From assembly GCF_002075285.3 (NCBI RefSeq), contig NZ_CP021983.2:2760001-2792000 (forward strand): DNA of 32,000 nt. Direction: 5' to 3'. This document shows, piece by piece, positions 27,638-32,000 of the stretch; the stretch's first letter is position 1, and each line of letters opens with the position of its first letter. Source of the DNA: Halomicronema hongdechloris C2206 (GTDB taxonomy: Bacteria > Cyanobacteriota > Cyanobacteriia > Phormidesmidales > Phormidesmidaceae). Both the position numbers and the translations under genes were made by a program. Under the pieces are notes generated by a model. The model was given only the letters and a program-made list of their open reading frames with translations, did not search any database and was not told where the DNA came from.

Positions 27638-28243
27638 CTAAGCCGAAAGGCGACCCCATTGCAGGTAGGGAAGGTTGGCGGCGGTGGCCCGAATTGCTTC
27701 GGCTTGGGCCACGAGTTGAGCGCAGGCATCCCAGTTACCTTCTAGAAAGACCTTACGGGCGCCTTCTGGCAGCGATACGGCCAGGGAGGTATCACCGTAT
27801 TGCAACTGCAGAGTGTCTAGGTTCAGCTGTAGCGACAAATCAGGAGTGCTGCTAATGGCCTGTTGCAGCTGGCGCACGGCCTGGGTCGGCGCAGTGACGC
27901 AGGGAATACCCATGGCCACACAGTTGCCAAAGAAGATTTCCGCGAAGCTTTCGCCCACCAGGGCGGTAATGCCCCATCGGGCAATGGCTTGAGGAGCATG
28001 CTCCCGGGAGGAACCACAGCCGAAGTTGCGGTTGACGACTAGAATCTTGGCTGCCTGGAATTGGGGCTGGTCGAAGGGATGTTGGCCCTGAGTAGAGGCT
28101 CGGTCATCGGCGAAGACTTGCTCTCCAAGGCCATCGAAGCTGGTACAGCGCAGGAACCGGGCTGGGATGATGCGGTCGGTGTCAATATCATCTCCCTGTA
28201 GGGGGATTCCCTGCCCTGTGATGCTGGCAACGGCCTGAGCCAT
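27638..28243 (-). CDS. leuD: 3-isopropylmalate dehydratase small subunit
   Basis: [15 protein letters not shown] ... [12 protein letters not shown] are LeuD signature blocks; 201 aa. Confidence 0.9.
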   Translation of the reverse strand: MAQAVASITGQGIPLQGDDIDTDRIIPARFLRCTSFDGLGEQVFADDRASTQGQHPFDQPQFQAAKILVVNRNFGCGSSREHAPQAIARWGITALVGESFAEIFFGNCVAMGIPCVTAPTQAVRQLQQAISSTPDLSLQLNLDTLQLQYGDTSLAVSLPEGARKVFLEGNWDACAQLVAQAEAIRATAANLPYLQWGRLSA

Positions 28244-28318
28244 AGTCTCATCCTTTCCGTCGGCTCTTCATTCTAGCGGAATTCACCTTGCTTTTCAGTT
28301 ATTGAAGAGGGTAGTCAC

Positions 28319-28522
28319 GTGAGATTATCTCAGACCACTACCGTCTCTCGAGGTAGCAGACTTACTGCGAAACCGAATCCCGTCATTCCGGGCAAGCGCA
28401 GCACGACCCGGAATCCAGGCAGAGTACTCTGAGCCAAAGCCGAGGTTTGTTCCCTGGATTCCCGCCGCCGCGGGAATGACGGTAGTGGGTCTCTCGGGTA
28501 GTTAGGTGAGATTATCTCAGAC
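28319..28522. mobile_element. MITE-like block bounded by a 17-nt perfect direct repeat
   Basis: gtgagattatctcagac occurs at 28319-28335 and 28506-28522. Inside are two hairpin repeat units (28382-28419, 28453-28480) and the inverted 7-mers cactacc/ggtagtg. Confidence 0.6.
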
Positions 28523-28936
28523 TCCTACCTGGAAGAGCTTTCGCAGCACTTCTCATGTTGCCTTCAGAACTGGGTCTACCCACTTCAACCGCCAGGACAT
28601 TAATGTCCTGGACTCAAAGTCCAGGGCGCAGCAGTAAGTCTTCGCTTCCCCCGGGAGTCCTAGCTTCGCGCCTGCTTCGGCCTACGACCAGGGTGAACCG
28701 CTTGTCGGGCTATCTTATCGTTATCGTCGATGGATAGCATTGGCCCCATGCTTGGATCTCTGTGGAAGGGAAACTCTAGGGTAAGGATGTACTGGACATG
28801 TTTTAGGCAACCGAGTTAGGCCAGCGCCAGGGTATTGCTGCTAGGTACCCGCCTTTGGGCTGCACTGCAGTCCGGCCGGAAGCTGCCTTTGAATGATGCC
28901 TGACATCTCCCTTAGCTCTGCCCAGGAGGTAGTTCT

Positions 28937-29227
28937 ATGCACTCTACATCCTATCTGCAACGGGAAATCTTGGAGCGACTGTATCATCAGTCTCCGTCTC
29001 GGTTTCGCTATGGTCTGTCTCGCTGGACCCAGGCCCTGGCGACGGCAGTAGTGGAGTGGTTGACTCGCGATCGCAACGCCCCGCGAATTTACCAACGCCA
29101 CGATGCCGCCGGTAATGTAGTGTGGCAGGCCTATGATCCCCTCACCCGTCGCTCGATCATGTCCCAGTCAGAGCAAGAGATTCGAGCTTGGTTAGAGGAA
29201 CGCTACGCCCATCAACCGGATGTCTAA
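28937..29227 (+). CDS. hypothetical small protein (96 aa)
   Basis: The pattern ...GNVVWQAYDPLTRRSIMSQSEQEIRAWLEERY resembles small conserved cyanobacterial proteins I have seen, but I cannot name the family. Confidence 0.5.
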   Translation: MHSTSYLQREILERLYHQSPSRFRYGLSRWTQALATAVVEWLTRDRNAPRIYQRHDAAGNVVWQAYDPLTRRSIMSQSEQEIRAWLEERYAHQPDV

Positions 29228-29326
29228 ACTCGATGATTAGTGGGTCAGGGGCATCGGTGCACCAGACGAGGGGCAACCCCATCCCCTATGCTCTAAACAG
29301 GAGCAGCGATCCCTCCCCTGGCAACT

Positions 29327-30784
29327 ATGATGCATTTCATTCGGCAACTGCTCGAGTGGCTGATCTCAGTATTCACGACGCCGCTGATTCGGCTGGATGA
29401 GAACGTCATCACCGTATTCTCGCTGCTCCTGTTGGTGGTGGCTCTGATCTTGATCGTCCTGGCCATGGGGCTGGTGAAACGGTTTCTCAAGCACCGCATA
29501 CTCAGTCCCCTGAACCTGGATGCCAGCAATCGAGAGGTCATTGCCACGATTGCCAGTTATGGCTTCGGTGCGATCGCAACTATCGTTGCCCTGCAGAACC
29601 TAGGCTTTCAACTCACCTCCCTGGGCATCATCCTGGGGGGCTTAGGAGTCGGCATTGGCTTCGGCTTGCAAACCATCACCAACGACTTTGTCAGCGGCCT
29701 GATTGTCTTGTTTGAGCGCAACCTCAAAGTCAACGACTTCATCGAGCTAGACGACCACAATTTCAGCGGCCTGATGGGCACCATCCAGGAAGTCAAGTTG
29801 CGCTCCACCATCATTCGCACCCTGGATAACGGCGATGTCGTCATTCCCAACAATGAGTTAATCTCTCGCCGCATCCTCAACTGGAGCTACGAGAGCCCAG
29901 TCAGTCGTCTGCGCTTGCCTGTCGGCATCGTCTACGGCAGTGATCCCATGGCCGTGACCGAAACCCTGCTGAAGGCAGCCTATCTAGAACCCGCCGTCCT
30001 CAGCGAACCCATGCCCAAGGTCTTCTTCCAAGGCTTCGGCGAAGAATCCCTAGACTTCGAGCTCTGGGTATGGGTGGAATTTTCTCGCCGCTTCGACGTC
30101 CAGAGTGCCCTCAACTTCACCATCGAATATCTCCTGCGGCAACAGGGGCTAGAACTGGCCTGCGCCCAGCACGACATCTGGGTGCGCAGTTCCGAAGATC
30201 TAATCAAACGCCTGATCGAGCGACAAGAGCGCACCTCAGCCCCCACCGCCACTGCCCCCAAGCCGCCGCCGCATCCCCCCGCCCTACGAGATCTACTGCG
30301 GTCAGTCAGCTACTTCGAGCAGTTTAGTGATTTAGAACTGCGTCGCTTGATCGAAATTGGCCACCATCGCCGTCTGCTGCCCAACACCGTCTTGTTTCGA
30401 GAAGGCGACAGCGGCGACGCCTTTTATATTGTCCTGGAGGGGCAGGTAGACATCATTGCCGAGACGACCCAAGCCACCTTAGCCTCCTTGGGGGCTGGAC
30501 AGTTTTTTGGCGAGGTCGCCCTGCTGCTAGGCATCCCCCGCACCGCCACCGCCAAAACCGTCGAGCCGACCCTGGTATTTGTGATCCATCGCCAGGGATT
30601 TTCGCTGCTCTTGCATCAGTATCCACAACTGGCCGATGCTATCCTACAAGCCCTAGAACACCATCAACAAGAACTGGCAGAGCGCCAGCAACAACTGCGG
30701 GCCGACGGCATTGACATTGCCGACACCGATGCCAATCCGGTGCTCTGGGCCAGCCGCCGCCTCAAAGAAATTTTTAGCCTCTAG
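29327..30784 (+). CDS. MscS-family mechanosensitive channel fused to a cyclic-nucleotide-binding domain (bCNG-type)
   Basis: TM helices plus the MscS pore/beta domain (ITNDFVSGLIVLFERNLKVNDFIELDD...GTIQEVKLRSTIIRTLDNGDVVIPNNEL). The C-terminal cNMP-binding motif is FFGEVALLLGIPRTATAKT. Confidence 0.85.
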   Translation: MMHFIRQLLEWLISVFTTPLIRLDENVITVFSLLLLVVALILIVLAMGLVKRFLKHRILSPLNLDASNREVIATIASYGFGAIATIVALQNLGFQLTSLGIILGGLGVGIGFGLQTITNDFVSGLIVLFERNLKVNDFIELDDHNFSGLMGTIQEVKLRSTIIRTLDNGDVVIPNNELISRRILNWSYESPVSRLRLPVGIVYGSDPMAVTETLLKAAYLEPAVLSEPMPKVFFQGFGEESLDFELWVWVEFSRRFDVQSALNFTIEYLLRQQGLELACAQHDIWVRSSEDLIKRLIERQERTSAPTATAPKPPPHPPALRDLLRSVSYFEQFSDLELRRLIEIGHHRRLLPNTVLFREGDSGDAFYIVLEGQVDIIAETTQATLASLGAGQFFGEVALLLGIPRTATAKTVEPTLVFVIHRQGFSLLLHQYPQLADAILQALEHHQQELAERQQQLRADGIDIADTDANPVLWASRRLKEIFSL

Positions 30785-30864
30785 CAGCAGAGAGAAAGAC
30801 GGACTACTGATATCAAATCCGCTAAGATGACCGACATTACGGTGATTTATAACAACTGCAATGC

Positions 30865-31025
30865 GTCATTCCAGGCAAGCGCAGCGCGACCCGGAATCCA
30901 GGTCGAGCACTCCGGACCTAGTCGAGATTTTTGCCCTAGATTCCCGCCTATGCGGGAATCGTCCATGGCGCTGACGCGCCACACCAAACGATGAAAATCG
31001 TGTCTATTTTCAGAGCAATGACAGA
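30865..31025 (+). repeat. hairpin repeat unit (30865-30902) plus copy 2 of the three-hairpin element (30937-31025)
   Basis: gtcattccaggcaagcgcagcgcgacccggaatccagg, followed by ctagattcccgcctatgcgggaatcgtccatggcgctgacgcgccacaccaaacgatgaaaatcgtgtctattttcagagcaatgac. Confidence 0.85.
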
Positions 31026-31157
31026 TAAACGTTTTCCCAGGTTGATTAACCAGATTTCGTATTAGGCTATCGATACAAATCGCTACAGCATCAGCGATAA
31101 CCACGAGCTAGAAGTCCCTCATGAAGAGAGCGCTAGGGGACTAGGGCAGCGGCAGCA

Positions 31158-31775
31158 TCAACCCGCCAGTCGTTGCCACAACCGAGTGATCTCCGCCAGC
31201 ATGGTTTGAACAATCTGTTGAAAAGCCTGATGCTCGGCGGCATTGGCGGCATCTCGTTCCGCTGCCCGTTGGCGATCGGCCCTGGCATCGGCGAGTAGGG
31301 TATTGAATCGTTGATCGGTTTCGGCCTGTTGGGCTGCCAGTCGCTGCAGCAACTGGTCGGTTTCGGCCTGTCGCTCAGCCTGCTGCTGCTGGGACTCGTC
31401 GATGTGCTGCCCTAGGTTACCGATCATCTCCACCACATCATCAATGGAGGTGCGTAACTGCTGGTCGCCCTGTTCTTGTCGTCGTTGTATGGCGACAATC
31501 TCGTTGCTGTTGGCCTCAATGGTCCTGGCACTGGATTCGACCAGGGCTTCTAGTCTGGTGAGGGCTTGGTGATGGAAGGCCTCATAGGCTTCTTGCCGTT
31601 GTTGTACAGCAGTGATGTCGTTGCTGTTGGCCTCAATGGTCCTGGCGTTGGATTCGACCAGGGCTTCTAGTCTGGTGAGGCTCTGGTGGTGGGAGGCATC
31701 GTTGGCCGCTTGCTGTTCTGCCAGGTTGGCCAAGATGGTTTCAATGCGGTCTAGGCGGTTGTTGCTGTTGGTCAT
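31158..31775 (-). CDS. coiled-coil protein with an internal 39-aa tandem duplication
   Basis: The sequence is Q/E/A/R-rich with heptad character throughout. HHQSLTRLEALVESNARTIEANSNDITAVQQRQE is repeated as HHQALTRLEALVESSARTIEANSNEIVAIQRRQE. No domain recognised. Confidence 0.6.
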   Translation of the reverse strand: MTNSNNRLDRIETILANLAEQQAANDASHHQSLTRLEALVESNARTIEANSNDITAVQQRQEAYEAFHHQALTRLEALVESSARTIEANSNEIVAIQRRQEQGDQQLRTSIDDVVEMIGNLGQHIDESQQQQAERQAETDQLLQRLAAQQAETDQRFNTLLADARADRQRAAERDAANAAEHQAFQQIVQTMLAEITRLWQRLAG

Positions 31776-32000
31776 CGCGGTGGGGGTGCCAATACAGCCT
31801 CATTATCGCCTATGGGCGGGATGGCATCATTATTGGCGTTGCTGAGTGGGTAGGGCGGGCAAATTCATGGCCGCTAATCTCAGCAACGCTCGAGGTTCTG
31901 GGCTTGCCCACCAATTCTTTGAAACGGTGGGCATTGAGTAAATGACGAGTATCATTCAGCAAAGGCAATGCACACCCCCTATAAATCCTCTGATCTGCCG

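Noticed and set aside
28600-28640. RNase P RNA-like string caaagtccagggc next to the perfect hairpin ccaggacat-taa-tgtcctgg
   Set aside because: The other universally conserved RNase P blocks, such as the 3' P4 strand ACAGAAnCCGGCUUA, are absent from the surrounding 400 nt. Similarity is limited to a few bases.
28555-28737. 60-aa plus-strand ORF and 28841..29101 (-) ORF
   Set aside because: The first has a Ser/Arg/Leu-rich junk-like sequence in a structured non-coding stretch. The second is antisense to the better-supported 28937..29227 gene.
31810-32000. Minus-strand frame open from the window end to TAG at 31812-31810 (...LLNAHRFKELVGKPRTSSVAEISGHEF...)
   Set aside because: Only about 63 codons are visible, rare codons (tta, agg, aga, ata) are enriched relative to neighbours, and no motif is recognised. 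It cannot be supported without sequence beyond 32000.

Overview
GC-rich chromosomal segment that is almost certainly cyanobacterial. The evidence is at least 16 HIP1 octamers (GCGATCGC), a PEP-CTERM protein, DUF4278 and Uma2 genes, and STRR-like heptamer tracts. Most of the window is ordinary housekeeping DNA: an ECF sigma/anti-sigma pair, a ClpC-type chaperone, four-ACT aspartate kinase, mutL, an M16 peptidase, a UbiH-family hydroxylase, YebC, a DUF697 GTPase, prohibitin, a copper P-type ATPase with its chaperone, leuD, and an MscS-cNMP channel. The accessory part lies at about 20.4-24.8 kb. It holds a pilin gene, nested hairpin/MITE-like repeats, and an overlapping DUF6883-like/DUF4926-like gene pair bracketed by long direct repeats, next to a Uma2 nuclease. 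That pair is my best candidate for an uncharacterised toxin-immunity or defence-type cassette. Smaller satellites of the same repeat family occur at about 28.3 and 30.9 kb. The ORF track is misleading for three genes (BtuF-like, UbiH-like, DUF697 GTPase). Five single-nucleotide indels, at least three of them inside homopolymer runs, split these genes, and in each case the indel arithmetic restores a full-length frame. This looks more like homopolymer sequencing/assembly error than real pseudogenisation. No rRNA, tRNA or CRISPR array was found. All family assignments come from motif recognition by eye, not from searches.
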